Source of the DNA: an uncultured Candidatus Saccharibacteria bacterium
Lineage (GTDB): Bacteria; Patescibacteriota; Minisyncoccia; Phycocordibacterales; JAKFXT01
DNA: 59,468 bases
Assembly (NCBI GenBank): GCA_964541455.1
Contig: CAZIPS010000005.1
Location: forward strand, 1 to 59,468
Reading direction: 5' to 3'
Part shown: one piece after another, positions 17,431 through 27,800 of the stretch
Position numbering within the stretch: the stretch's first letter is position 1
Layout: each line of letters starts with the position of its first letter
Notes under the pieces: model-generated
What the model saw: the letters and a program-made list of their open reading frames with translations, nothing else
Databases searched by the model: none
Told to the model about the DNA's origin: nothing
Position numbers and translations under genes: made by a program

Positions 17431-18096
17431 ATGAAAAAGAAAGGGGGTACACATACACCACGAACGCAATTCAATACTTCTTTAGCACGAAAACTTGGGC
17501 TCACCACTCTTGAAGTTAGATTGTTTAAAAAACTTTCAACGCCAAAAAAAATTCAAGACTTTTTAAACAGTCTCCCCAATAATCTCGAAAAAAATGGCGA
17601 GTCCCTTTGTTCAGTGCGCGAATCTTTAAACCGGCAAACATTTCATTGTATCGAAGGCGCCCTAATTGCGGCACTTGCCCTCTACCTTCACGGTAAAACA
17701 CCCTTCATTCTTGATATGCGTGCAACCAAAGAAGATGATGATCATGTGGTTGTTCCATTTAAGGTAAACGGGTACTGGGGGATAATAAGTAAATCAAATC
17801 GTTCAGTGCTGCGTTACCGAGACCCTATTTATAAAACTATTCGTGAGCTCATGATGAGCTATGCCCATGAATACTTCCTACCTAATGGTAAAAAAACTTT
17901 TAAAGAATACTCTCTCCCTTTTGACCTTAAGAAGGCTACTCACATCAATTGGGTAAGCAGCCGAGGTGATCTATGGGAGCTTTCTAAGCTACTAGATGCC
18001 CTCCCCCATATACCCGTCCTTCCTAAACACAACCCCTCGCTCCGCAAAGTTGATCCTATCGAACTAGAGGCCAATAAGCTTAAAGAATACTACTAA
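17431..18096 (+). CDS. Hypothetical protein, possibly a transglutaminase/papain-like fold
   Basis: 221-aa ORF with candidate Cys (FHCIEGA) and His/Asp (DDDHVVV) residues. The fold assignment is tentative. Confidence 0.35.
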   Translation: MKKKGGTHTPRTQFNTSLARKLGLTTLEVRLFKKLSTPKKIQDFLNSLPNNLEKNGESLCSVRESLNRQTFHCIEGALIAALALYLHGKTPFILDMRATKEDDDHVVVPFKVNGYWGIISKSNRSVLRYRDPIYKTIRELMMSYAHEYFLPNGKKTFKEYSLPFDLKKATHINWVSSRGDLWELSKLLDALPHIPVLPKHNPSLRKVDPIELEANKLKEYY

Positions 18097-18099
18097 ACG

Positions 18100-19008
18100 C
18101 TATGCCTCATGGCTTACTGGAAGATCAAAGGTGAACGTTGATCCACGCATAACCCCATCTGATGTCGCTTTTATGGTACCTCCATGACGTTTTATGATTG
18201 TTTGTGCAATATAAAGCCCGAGTCCCATTCCTTCAGTATCTTTCCCTGTCGCCTCTTTTGAGCGGAAGAATTTAGTGAAAAGGTGCGCAAGGTCACTTCG
18301 ACGCATACCAATACCGCTATCCCGAATAATAAATCGAATAAATTTATTTTTATACAAATACATACCGACATCAATCGAACCCCCCACTCCAGTGTATGTA
18401 ATAGCGTTTTCAAGAAGTACTCGAATAACAAATTCAATGCGTTTTACATCAACAGCAATCAAAGGCAGATCTTTAGCGACTTGAATGGTGAATTTAATAT
18501 TTTTCTCCGTTATCTGTGGACCAAAGGATGCAATCACGTGCTCCACGAGCTCTCTCATACTTTCTGCCTTAAACACATATGCGAACCCCTCTTCAATTTT
18601 CGCCATGTTGATCAAAATATCAGTCATTTCAACCAATCGTGATGTAGCGCTTTCAATTTGGTTTATCGAGACATGCTTTTCTTCCTCTGTTTGGTTCTTT
18701 TTCAAATTTTCAATAGACCACGTGATGTAGGTAAGTGGGGTGCGGAACTTATGCGTCACCACATTTACAAACTCATACTTTGAAACCTCGAAACGTCTCT
18801 CGCGTACCCACACTGCCGCAACAAGTATGAGTAAGATAAGTCCTGAAAATCCCGGTACTGCGTATTGAGAAGGGTTAGGATACACAAGTGTGATGTAGCT
18901 CCACACAATATCCTTATAGTAATTAAGCGCAATGAGCACTAATCCAAGCATTAAAAAGAAAAAAGACGGGATAAGTGCCTTTAGACCAAAAAGTTTTTGC
19001 GCATTCAT
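18100..19008 (-). CDS. Membrane sensor histidine kinase (HisKA + HATPase_c)
   Basis: H-box THKFRTPLT, G1 box DSGIGM and G2 box GMGLGLYIAQ, with 2 N-terminal TM segments. No response regulator is adjacent. Confidence 0.85.
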   Translation of the reverse strand: MNAQKLFGLKALIPSFFFLMLGLVLIALNYYKDIVWSYITLVYPNPSQYAVPGFSGLILLILVAAVWVRERRFEVSKYEFVNVVTHKFRTPLTYITWSIENLKKNQTEEEKHVSINQIESATSRLVEMTDILINMAKIEEGFAYVFKAESMRELVEHVIASFGPQITEKNIKFTIQVAKDLPLIAVDVKRIEFVIRVLLENAITYTGVGGSIDVGMYLYKNKFIRFIIRDSGIGMRRSDLAHLFTKFFRSKEATGKDTEGMGLGLYIAQTIIKRHGGTIKATSDGVMRGSTFTFDLPVSHEA

Positions 19009-19052
19009 TAGTTTCTAGTATACTCGGTTTACATTAAACCTAAAAGGATACT

Positions 19053-19751
19053 GTGATGAAAATACACCGTTTTATTGGAAATTTTGCGTGGGGCAATGAC
19101 CAAGTAAGTACCGAAGATGATCATCTGCTGCATCAACTTCACTCTGTACTTAAATGTAAAGTCGGACAGCAATTTATGTTGAGTGATGGAAAAGAAAAGG
19201 AAGCGCTCGTAACGCTCTCCTTACTCACTAAAAAAGAGGCCGCTTTTAACATCAACACCCTTCAAACACGTGCAGAAGGTTTTTCACACCATGTGCATCT
19301 TTTTGTCTCTATCCTCAAGCGAGATAATTTTGAGTGGGTAGTACAAAAAGCCGTAGAATGCGGTGTTACCAGTATTACCCCCCTTTTATGCGATCGCACT
19401 ATTAAAACTAAGATTTCAGAAGAGCGACTGCTTAAAATAATGCATGAAGCAACCGAACAATCCGATCGGATAAAGCTCTCAACACTTCATCCTACAACCT
19501 CCTTTACCGAAGCAATTACACAACTCACAGAATCAAAAATTCCTTTTTACATAGCCGACAAAGAAGGAGTCTCGACCCCCGCACTTACCACAAAGGAAGT
19601 TGCGCTCTTTATTGGACCAGAGGGTGGCTTTACCCCCGAAGAAAAAAAATATGCTGAAGTACATGGTGGGCACACCCTCTCCTTTGGCGAAACAACGCTT
19701 CGTGCCGAGACAGCGGCAATTGTGGGGACCTTTCTACTTACTAATCTTTAG
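19053..19751 (+). CDS. rsmE: 16S rRNA (uracil1498-N3)-methyltransferase
   Basis: HRF N-terminal motif, FIGPEGGFTPEE and LRAETAAI are typical of RsmE. Confidence 0.85.
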   Translation: MMKIHRFIGNFAWGNDQVSTEDDHLLHQLHSVLKCKVGQQFMLSDGKEKEALVTLSLLTKKEAAFNINTLQTRAEGFSHHVHLFVSILKRDNFEWVVQKAVECGVTSITPLLCDRTIKTKISEERLLKIMHEATEQSDRIKLSTLHPTTSFTEAITQLTESKIPFYIADKEGVSTPALTTKEVALFIGPEGGFTPEEKKYAEVHGGHTLSFGETTLRAETAAIVGTFLLTNL

Positions 19752-19775
19752 TGCGCCCTGTGTTAGAATCACTCT

Positions 19776-20252
19776 ATGACTCAACTTACACCTAAAAACA
19801 AGCATAATCCCTTTGACTCATGGGCTTTTAAGATCACTCGTGCGGTGGGCTCCCCCACTTCAATCATTGTGCACACAATACTTTTTCTGTTTTCGTTTAG
19901 CTTACATGTCTTTGGCATTGCATATAGCGATATTTTTCTCTTCCTCACCACCATTGTGTCGCTTGAAGCAATCTACCTCTCACTCCTCATTCAAATGACA
20001 GTAAACATTAACACCGCACACCTCGAATCTGTTTCAGCTGACATGGGAGAAATCCAAGAGGATGTTGAGGAGCTCCAAGAAGATATTGGCGAAATTCAGG
20101 AAGATGTAGGGGAAATTCAGGAGGACGTTGAGGATATCCAAGAAGATGTTGATGAAATTACTGAAATTATCGACGAAAATGACAACTTCCTTGAAGCCAT
20201 AACAAAAGAGGAAAAGCCAAAGGTGACTAAAAAAAGAGTCATTAAAAAATAA
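19776..20252 (+). CDS. DUF1003-like 2-TM protein with an acidic heptad-repeat tail
   Basis: The N-terminal FDSWAFKITRAVGSP...LEAIYLSLLIQM resembles DUF1003. The C-terminus carries six (G/E)E(I/L)QEDV repeats. Confidence 0.5.
   Translation: MTQLTPKNKHNPFDSWAFKITRAVGSPTSIIVHTILFLFSFSLHVFGIAYSDIFLFLTTIVSLEAIYLSLLIQMTVNINTAHLESVSADMGEIQEDVEELQEDIGEIQEDVGEIQEDVEDIQEDVDEITEIIDENDNFLEAITKEEKPKVTKKRVIKK
20046..20171 (+). repeat. Six in-frame tandem 21-bp repeats (GEIQEDV heptads)
   Basis: Read directly: GEIQEDV, EELQEDI, GEIQEDV, GEIQEDV, EDIQEDV, DEITEII. Confidence 0.8.
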
Positions 20253-20276
20253 AAAGGGGAGTCCCCCTTTTTATTT
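20251..20276. terminator. Bidirectional hairpin terminator between convergent genes
   Basis: AAAAAGGGG-AGT-CCCCCTTTTTATTTTT. Confidence 0.5.
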
Positions 20277-20293
20277 TTAGTTTATGAGAAAAA

Positions 20294-20710
20294 TTACGCT
20301 TCTCCTCCAGCAGCTGCGTTCACCCAAATCGCTGCCTCTGCTTCACTTTTAAAAGACTTAAAGTTGGTACGCCCAGAAAGTGAAGCTAGCATGTCCTGCG
20401 CCATAAGAATATAATCACTCCCCCCGTATGTTGCTGACCGATGCACCATTTCTTTATCCTCAATCAAAAGGTTAGTAAGAATAGTAACTGCTTCTGGTGC
20501 ATACCCTGTCACTCCTTCAATATCGATAATTACCTTTACTGCGGTATAGGTATTCTCGTAGCGGTCTTTAATAAGGTTGTGTACTTCATGTGTCCATTTT
20601 TCAAGCGCAACTAAGTTAAGCCCCTCAAGACGGCCACCAAGCGAAAGGTGGATAATACCATCATCGGTCGTGGTAATAGTAAATTTTCGCTTGTCTTCTT
20701 CTTTTTCCAT
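20294..20710 (-). CDS. Hypothetical protein (138 aa), possibly STAS-like
   Basis: Clean ORF. The domain call is weak. Confidence 0.4.
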   Translation of the reverse strand: MEKEEDKRKFTITTTDDGIIHLSLGGRLEGLNLVALEKWTHEVHNLIKDRYENTYTAVKVIIDIEGVTGYAPEAVTILTNLLIEDKEMVHRSATYGGSDYILMAQDMLASLSGRTNFKSFKSEAEAAIWVNAAAGGEA

Positions 20711-20796
20711 AAATGAATGGTTAGTTTATGTAAGTATACTGGGTTTTATCTGAGCCTTCCACCCCGCTATCCCCCTTAAAACCCCTAACACCCAAA

Positions 20797-20830
20797 GCAA
20801 AAACCGTAACACAAAGTGTTACGGTTTTTG
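20797..20830 (-). terminator. Intrinsic terminator of the RRM-protein gene
   Basis: 9-bp stem CCGTAACAC / GTGTTACGG with a 3-nt loop, flanked by A-run and T-run. Confidence 0.7.
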
Positions 20831-20841
20831 CTTTGAGAAAC

Positions 20842-21117
20842 TTAGTAGTTTCCGCGAGGTGGACGCTCTGCCATTGGACGAGCTTCGTTTACGAGGATCT
20901 TGCGACCACCCATATCCGCACCATTGAACTTAGCAACAGCAGCATCAGCCTCTTCATCGTTAGTCATGGTAACGAAACCAAAACCACGTGAACGACCGGT
21001 CATCTTATCGATGATCACAGCAGCGTCTTCTACAACACCTGCTGCAGCGAAATACTGCTTCAATTCGTCAACAGTTGTGCTGTAAGGCAAACCACCAACG
21101 TATAATTTTTTAGCCAT
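20842..21117 (-). CDS. RRM-type (RNP-1/RNP-2) RNA-binding protein
   Basis: RNP-2 KLYVGGL, RNP-1 RGFGFVTM and a short RG-rich tail. Confidence 0.9.
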   Translation of the reverse strand: MAKKLYVGGLPYSTTVDELKQYFAAAGVVEDAAVIIDKMTGRSRGFGFVTMTNDEEADAAVAKFNGADMGGRKILVNEARPMAERPPRGNY

Positions 21118-21300
21118 TTTCTTTCAATCAAACTTTTTAAACTGGTAGTCGACCTTGAGAAACGTGGCACTTGGTGGAAAACTCCTTTACGTACTACTCT
21201 CACTCAAACTTACTACTTGTATAGAAATCTAGCACACTTTATCCCTTTTGTATAGGATATTCTGCCAAATCTGATACAATGAGCCTTACTTACACATCCT

Positions 21301-22611
21301 ATGAACGAACCCTCAAAAAGACCCCTTTCCCGTGACCCCTACAAGGGAACCCGAGATTTTTACCCAGAGGATATGGCCCGTCTTAAGTGGCTTTTCCAAA
21401 AAATGCGCGAAACCTGCGAGTCTTATGGCTATGTTGAGTATACTGCCTCCCCGCTTGAGTCCACCGAACTTTATGCCGCCAAATCGGGCGAGGAAATAGT
21501 AAACGAGCAAACCTACTCCTTTATCGACCGCGGGGGGCGCAATGTAACACTTCGCCCCGAAATGACCCCAACTGTTGCGCGCATGGTAGCTGCTCGAAGA
21601 CGAGAACTTCCCTTTCCATTGCGTTGGTACTCTATTCCGAATCTCTTTCGCTATGAGCAACCACAGCGAGGAAGGCTCCGCGAACACTATCAGCTCAATG
21701 TTGATATATTCGGCGTTAAAGGACTTCAGGGCGAGGTTGAGGTTATTTCACTGGGTCACTCGTTACTCCTAAATCTTGGGGCAAGCGAAGAGAATTTTGT
21801 TATCAAGATAAACAATCGCCTAGCCTTTCAAACGCTTACTACGTATTGGGGACTTAGTGAAAACACTTCACATAAACTTGCTAAACTAATAGATAAAAAA
21901 GCCAAACTTCCTGTTGAAACCTTCCGCCAAGAACTTTCAACGGTTGTGCCTGAACAATTCAGCCTTATTTCTAAATTACTTGATACAAAAACTCTCAAGG
22001 AATTTAGAAATCACCTACCAGAAGCCCTAAAGGACCATCAAGCTTGGGCCGACATTGAGACGGTAATGAGTGAGCTAAAAAATACAGGTATCACTAATGC
22101 TGTTTTCGACCCAACCCTCATGCGTGGGTTTGATTACTATACTGGTATTGTGTTTGAGTTTTTCGATACCGACCCATCTAACAGTCGCTCGCTTTTTGGT
22201 GGCGGAAGATACGATGAACTCCTTGCCATTTTTGACGAAGAAGTAGTCCCTGCCATTGGTTTTGGTATGGGGGATGTTACTGCCATTGATTTCCTCGAAA
22301 CACATAAGCTACTCACTCCCTATGTCTCCCCTGTAACACTCTATCTTTGTAAAACCGAAGCAACGTTCACTCCTTTTGCCACACAACTTGCAACACAATT
22401 GCGCGCAGCTGGTATTACCGTAGCAGTTGACCTAAGCACCAAAAAACTAGGAGATCAAATAAAAACTGCCGACAAACAGCATATTCCTTTTATTATTTGC
22501 ATTGGAGAAGAGGAGGTAAATACAAACTCCTTCACCCTCAAAGAACTTTCTTCAGGCAAGGAAACTAAGGGGGACATCAAGAAACTTATTGCACATCTAC
22601 TTAAAAAATAA
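21301..22611 (+). CDS. hisS: Histidine--tRNA ligase
   Basis: Class II motifs (TLRPEMT, RYEQPQRGR, RGFDYYTGIVFE, GGGRYD) and a C-terminal anticodon-binding domain. Confidence 0.95.
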   Translation: MNEPSKRPLSRDPYKGTRDFYPEDMARLKWLFQKMRETCESYGYVEYTASPLESTELYAAKSGEEIVNEQTYSFIDRGGRNVTLRPEMTPTVARMVAARRRELPFPLRWYSIPNLFRYEQPQRGRLREHYQLNVDIFGVKGLQGEVEVISLGHSLLLNLGASEENFVIKINNRLAFQTLTTYWGLSENTSHKLAKLIDKKAKLPVETFRQELSTVVPEQFSLISKLLDTKTLKEFRNHLPEALKDHQAWADIETVMSELKNTGITNAVFDPTLMRGFDYYTGIVFEFFDTDPSNSRSLFGGGRYDELLAIFDEEVVPAIGFGMGDVTAIDFLETHKLLTPYVSPVTLYLCKTEATFTPFATQLATQLRAAGITVAVDLSTKKLGDQIKTADKQHIPFIICIGEEEVNTNSFTLKELSSGKETKGDIKKLIAHLLKK

Positions 22612-22674
22612 CCTAAAAGTATCTATAACTTTTAGCTCTCTACTAAAATATGATACACTTGCGATTATATTTTT

Positions 22675-23262
22675 ATGAGCAAGAAGCTTAACAAAGTAGT
22701 ATTTGATCTTGAAACAAAAAACCTCTTTCAAGAAGTGGGGTCAAGTGATCCAGCAGCTCTTTCTATGTCAATCGCTTGCATCTATGAAAGCGCAACTGAC
22801 ACCTACAGCAGCTTTCTTGAAGAAGACCTCTTTAAACTTTGGCCTATTTTGGAACGGGCTGATATGCTCATTGGCTACAACTCTGATCATTTTGATATCC
22901 CGCTTCTCAACAAGTACTACCATGGAGATCTTAACTCTATCAAAAGCCTTGATCTATTAGTTGAAATACGAAAATCACTTGGACGCCGTGTATCCCTTGA
23001 CCAAGTAGCCGAAGGCACCCTTGGCCGTAAGAAAACTGGGCATGGCCTCCAAGCTATACAATGGTGGAAACAGGGAGATATAGAAAGTATTCGCACATAC
23101 TGCCTTGAAGATGTTCGTATCACCAAAGACATCTACGATTATGCCTTAGAAAATAAAATGCTGAAGTTTAAAGAAGCAGGGAAACTATTTGATATACCGC
23201 TCGATGTTAAGAATTGGGAGAAAAAAGAGGAAAAAGCCATGACTTTCTCGCTTCCGTTTTAA
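22675..23262 (+). CDS. DEDD-type 3'-5' exonuclease (RNase H-like fold)
   Basis: Exo motifs VFDLET, YNSDHFDIPLL and CLEDVRITKDIY. Confidence 0.65.
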   Translation: MSKKLNKVVFDLETKNLFQEVGSSDPAALSMSIACIYESATDTYSSFLEEDLFKLWPILERADMLIGYNSDHFDIPLLNKYYHGDLNSIKSLDLLVEIRKSLGRRVSLDQVAEGTLGRKKTGHGLQAIQWWKQGDIESIRTYCLEDVRITKDIYDYALENKMLKFKEAGKLFDIPLDVKNWEKKEEKAMTFSLPF

Positions 23263-23263
23263 A

Positions 23264-24037
23264 CTATTCTACAAACAAAAGGGCAACCATAACAAGTACA
23301 CCAAGCACCATACCAAGGCTCTGAATAAGCGCTTTTTCTACCCCTACATCTTTGTGTAGTTCTGGTACAAGATCAGAGCCTGCGATGTAAATAAAACCGC
23401 CTGCTGCAAATGGGATCATTATTTGCGAAAGGTTTACTATAGCCCCTGCGCCGTACACAAAAAGAACTGCACCAACAAGCGAGGTAAGCGCTGCGTAACA
23501 ATTAAAAAGTACTGCTCTTTTTTTTGTAAATCCAGCATGCAAAAGAAGTGCCACATTTCCAATCTCGTGTGGTATCTCATGTAAGACCACTGCAACCGTT
23601 GTTGCAACCCCAACAGGAACTGATACAAGAAAACTTGCAGCAATAAGCCCCCCATCAATAAAGTTATGAATGAGATCAGCGATGAGCACCATAGGGCCCA
23701 CAGGATGAATATGTGCATCATGTTCAGCACTTTCATCTTCGTGATGATGATGCCAATGTAAGAACTTCTCAAGTGCAAAAAAGAAAAAGATACCAAAAAG
23801 TATGTAGAAAGGAGCGAGATTCCCCGTATCGGCCTCACGAAGCGCATCGGGAATGAGGTGAATGAAAGCATCCCCAAAAAGAGCTCCTGCTGAAACACTT
23901 ACCAAAAAGAAGAGGTAGGGACGAAGTGTTTTCTCACTAATAAAAAGGGCGAAAATACCCACAAGAGAAATGGCACTTGTGATAATCACCGCAATGATGC
24001 TAAGTACTGTAATGTTCATTATGGGTAATAATACCAT
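23264..24037 (-). CDS. ZIP-family divalent metal transporter
   Basis: His-rich loop HWHHHHEDESAEHDAH and the HEIPHEIGN signature. Confidence 0.85.
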   Translation of the reverse strand: MVLLPIMNITVLSIIAVIITSAISLVGIFALFISEKTLRPYLFFLVSVSAGALFGDAFIHLIPDALREADTGNLAPFYILFGIFFFFALEKFLHWHHHHEDESAEHDAHIHPVGPMVLIADLIHNFIDGGLIAASFLVSVPVGVATTVAVVLHEIPHEIGNVALLLHAGFTKKRAVLFNCYAALTSLVGAVLFVYGAGAIVNLSQIMIPFAAGGFIYIAGSDLVPELHKDVGVEKALIQSLGMVLGVLVMVALLFVE

Positions 24038-24106
24038 CTAAAAGCCCCATTGCAGTCGTATACGCTGTGACTTACAATAGGCTCATTACTTTCTTTATTT
24101 TTTACT

Positions 24107-24841
24107 ATGGAACCAACACAACAACCAGCCCCCGCAACAGCTCCTAAAAGCGGCAATCTCGGCATTCCTGTAGCGATTGTTATTGCTGGAATTATTATCG
24201 CCGGTGCAGTGTACCTACGTGGCGAACCCTCTAAAGGAGCAGATGATCAGGGCTTTACCGCTCAAAACAAAAAAACAACGCTTCGCCCTGTTGATGCGAC
24301 CGATCATATCCTTGGGAACCCCAAGGCAGACCTTGTAGTTATCGAATATTCAGATACTGAATGTCCTTTCTGTAAGCGTTTCCAAGGGACTATGCAGCAA
24401 ATAATGTCTGACTACGGCAAAGACGGAAAAGTAGCTTGGGTATATCGCCAAATGCCACTTCAACAACTCCACAGTAAGGCCCCCAAAGAAGCCGAAGCAA
24501 CTGAGTGTGTTGCTGAACTTGGTGGTAATGACAAGTTTTGGGCGTACGTTGATAGTATTTACGAAACTACTAATTCAAATGACAGCTTAGATCCCGCACA
24601 ACTCCCTATCCTTGCCGCAAAAATCGGTATTGATGCCAAAGCTTTTGATACCTGTCTTTCAAGTGGCAAATACGCACAAAAAATCAAAGCAAGTATTGCC
24701 GAAGGCACACTTGCAGCAGGAACACAGGCAACCCCCTTCAGTGTCATAGTAGACAAGAAAGGTAATACGTACCCCATAGAAGGAGCCTACCCCTACGCAA
24801 CGCTTAAACCAATTATTGATGGGCTTTTAAAAGGAAATTAG
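24107..24841 (+). CDS. Membrane-anchored DsbA-family thiol:disulfide oxidoreductase
   Basis: N-terminal TM segment. CPFC active site within a thioredoxin-like context. Confidence 0.8.
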   Translation: MEPTQQPAPATAPKSGNLGIPVAIVIAGIIIAGAVYLRGEPSKGADDQGFTAQNKKTTLRPVDATDHILGNPKADLVVIEYSDTECPFCKRFQGTMQQIMSDYGKDGKVAWVYRQMPLQQLHSKAPKEAEATECVAELGGNDKFWAYVDSIYETTNSNDSLDPAQLPILAAKIGIDAKAFDTCLSSGKYAQKIKASIAEGTLAAGTQATPFSVIVDKKGNTYPIEGAYPYATLKPIIDGLLKGN

Positions 24842-24852
24842 CCCTCTAACAT

Positions 24853-24876
24853 AAAACCCTCTTTACGAGGGTTTTA
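24853..24876. terminator. Bidirectional hairpin terminator between convergent genes
   Basis: AAAACCCTC-TTTAC-GAGGGTTTT. It overlaps the helicase stop codon. Confidence 0.55.
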
Positions 24877-27800
24877 TGTTAGCTCGATCATTTTTGCAAG
24901 CGCACAATACTCGCAGTCTTTCTTTTGGCATCCCCCTTTTTCAACAAATGAAAGTGTTGTTATTTCTTCTGCCACAACCTTAATGGTTTCTTTTAATGCT
25001 TCTACTTCCTCATCAGTAATAGTGAAATTTTCTGAAATATAGTTACCCTTTTCTGTTGGCTCTATAAACTCTATAACCCCCTCTTTCATTATTTCTTTTC
25101 CTTCACTATGCGCATCAACAAGTAGCTTGTAGAAAACGAGCTGGCGCTTTTCATTACCATTACTATTTTTAGTATTCCCCTCTATCTCGTTACGGCTCAT
25201 TGGCTTTTTAGTCTTGTAGTCTATCACCCGTACCATTTCTCCTTCTCCCCTATCTATGCGATCAAGGTTTCCTTTTAGTTGTAGCTCCTCACCGCTCTTT
25301 AAAGTTAAAGAGACTCCCTTAACAGCAACTTCAGCACGCATAGTAGGATCCCAAGATAGGACAACTTTTTTGAAATACCCAGGGAGTGTCCTCTCCCCCT
25401 TTTTTAGTGACTCTTCGTACTCAAGTTCTGAAAATGGCAAACTTTTTAGTTTAGAATAGAAACTTGCCATAAAACTCTCTTCAGTGACACTTTCAAGTGC
25501 TTTCACTCTATCTATTGATTCCTTAAGGGCATGATGCACCGCAATACCATAAAGTTGGTGCTTGGTTTGTGATTGTGGTAGACGAATAAGATTAACAAAA
25601 AAGTATCGCCACACACATTCCAAATAATTGTTAAGCGCGGTTACTGCAAGTCCCTGATCAAAAAAGCGTTCCTTTAGATACTCTTTATCTAAAAGCTTCG
25701 CCCCGCCCCCTCTTTTTTCTAGCATTAAAAGATGCTTCCTTTCTATTACTGTCGGTGCCTCCTTTTTAGTAAAAAGAGACGGGTCAATTTCCTCTATAAA
25801 GCGCGAAGGCGTGAGTGCTTTGCCATCGTTCGTACTTTGGGGCCGGGTCAGGGTGAGCGATTTTTTGGCACGAGTGAGTGCAACATAGAGGAGCCTTCGT
25901 TCATCATCCTCCTCACCCTTTATCGCGCCTCCAACTGGCAGATGAAATGAGTCACGTGAGCGCTTGCCCCCCCATTTGTTATCATTCAATCCCACCACAT
26001 AGACGTGTTCATACTCAAGTCCCTTGGCCTTGTGTGCCGTCATAAGTGAGACACTTTTTGTTGCCCCCACATGCTCACGTGCGGGTATTCCCATACCATA
26101 GAGAATCAGGGTATCGATGTGAGCCAAAAAATCAGAAAGTTTGCTGCTACGATTACTTTCAAGGAGCGTCCGTGATTCGTCGAGAAAAGCATCTATTTTG
26201 TTCAATATCGAAAGGGCCTGTGGCAGCGCTAAACAATGAGTCAAATACCCTGACTCTTTCATGACAAGTTCTAACACATCCGAAAGGCTTTTATTCTTTG
26301 AAGCTCTATGCCACTCCATGAGCTTACTCCCAAAAGTAGTTACAGCTTTCTCATCACTTAGAGTAAGACCTGAAAAGTTTTTACCTTTTAAAATTAGATT
26401 TATGAGAGTTCCTTCTCCACGTTTTAGTGCCCCAAACATAGCATAGGTATCAAGTAGTGGGATATTGAGAAAGTCTAAAAACATTGCTTTACCCAGAAGT
26501 TCATTATTCTCCGGCGTAACCACCGCTCGCAAAAGTAAGAGTAGTTTCTCAACTTCAGTATCAAGAAGTGCATCACTATCAGAGTGCACCACAAAAGGAA
26601 TACCGTAACGCGCCGAGATGAGAGAAAGCAGTTCTGCGTCTTTGTTCTCCCTATAGAGCACTGCTATCTCGCTCCCTGAAACCCCCTCCTTAAGTTTCTT
26701 TGCTATATCCTCTACCACAAAGCGTATTTCCTCCTCACTATTTGAAAACTCATAATACATAATAGGAGCAACATTCCCCTTCTCTACCCCTTCTGCTTGT
26801 AGTTCTGGTCGTGGTAATGCTACGCGCTCCACTTTGTCCCTAGTAATTAATGTATGCGAGAAATCGAGAATATTCTGCGTTGAGCGGAAGTTCTCTACGA
26901 GGGTTATAACCTTTGCCTTAGGATAGTGCTCTTTAAAGTAGAGAAAGTTTTGAAGCGATGCTCCTTGGAAACGAAATATGGCCTGCTTCTCATCGCCCAC
27001 AATAAAAAGGTTAGGGTTTTCATGATAAGAAGTAAGTAGTTCCAGCACAGCATTTTGTGAAGCATTAGCATCTTGATGTTCGTCTGCTAGAAGATATTGA
27101 TATGACTCTTGGAGGATTAACCGGAGATCCCCATGTTCACGAATGGCTGAAACCGCCTCAAGAATCATGTCTTCATAATCAAAAAGTTTCTCTTCCGCTA
27201 AAGCTTTCTCATAGGCCTCATACACAATGAGCAACTCTTTTTGTTTGGCAATATGTTTTTGCTGCTCTACATACTCACCTTTCATTTTGCCTTTGTGTGC
27301 CCCCTTTGTATGTATCTTTTCCGGTATATTTTCGAACTCCTTTTCCTCGTTTTCAATAACCCTCTTTAATTCAAATGGGCTTACTGCCTCACGCTTAAGA
27401 TCGCTTATGCTACTTAAAATGGAGCGCACATGGTAGTACGGATCTCCAAAAGGCCGGAGAAGTTCTAACTTTTCAGTATCGATAATTCCTTCCATGAGTC
27501 TAATTCTCCCCACCTTACTTACTACCGTGCGACCAATAATACGTGGAAAATACTCTGGATAACGAGCGATAACATCATTACAAAATCCATGAAAGGTATA
27601 GATATTTACGCGATAAGCACGGCTTCCAATGATTTGAGCGAGGCGCTTTCGCATAGCAAACACCCCTGACTCAGTAAAAGTAAGCGCGAGTATTTGCTCT
27701 GGTGCTGTGTCAGTTTTGCGCAAAATGTTGGCAATGCGCAGCGTCAAAATCTGCGTCTTCCCCGTCCCAGGACCCGCTATCACCATCACCGGCCCCTCAG

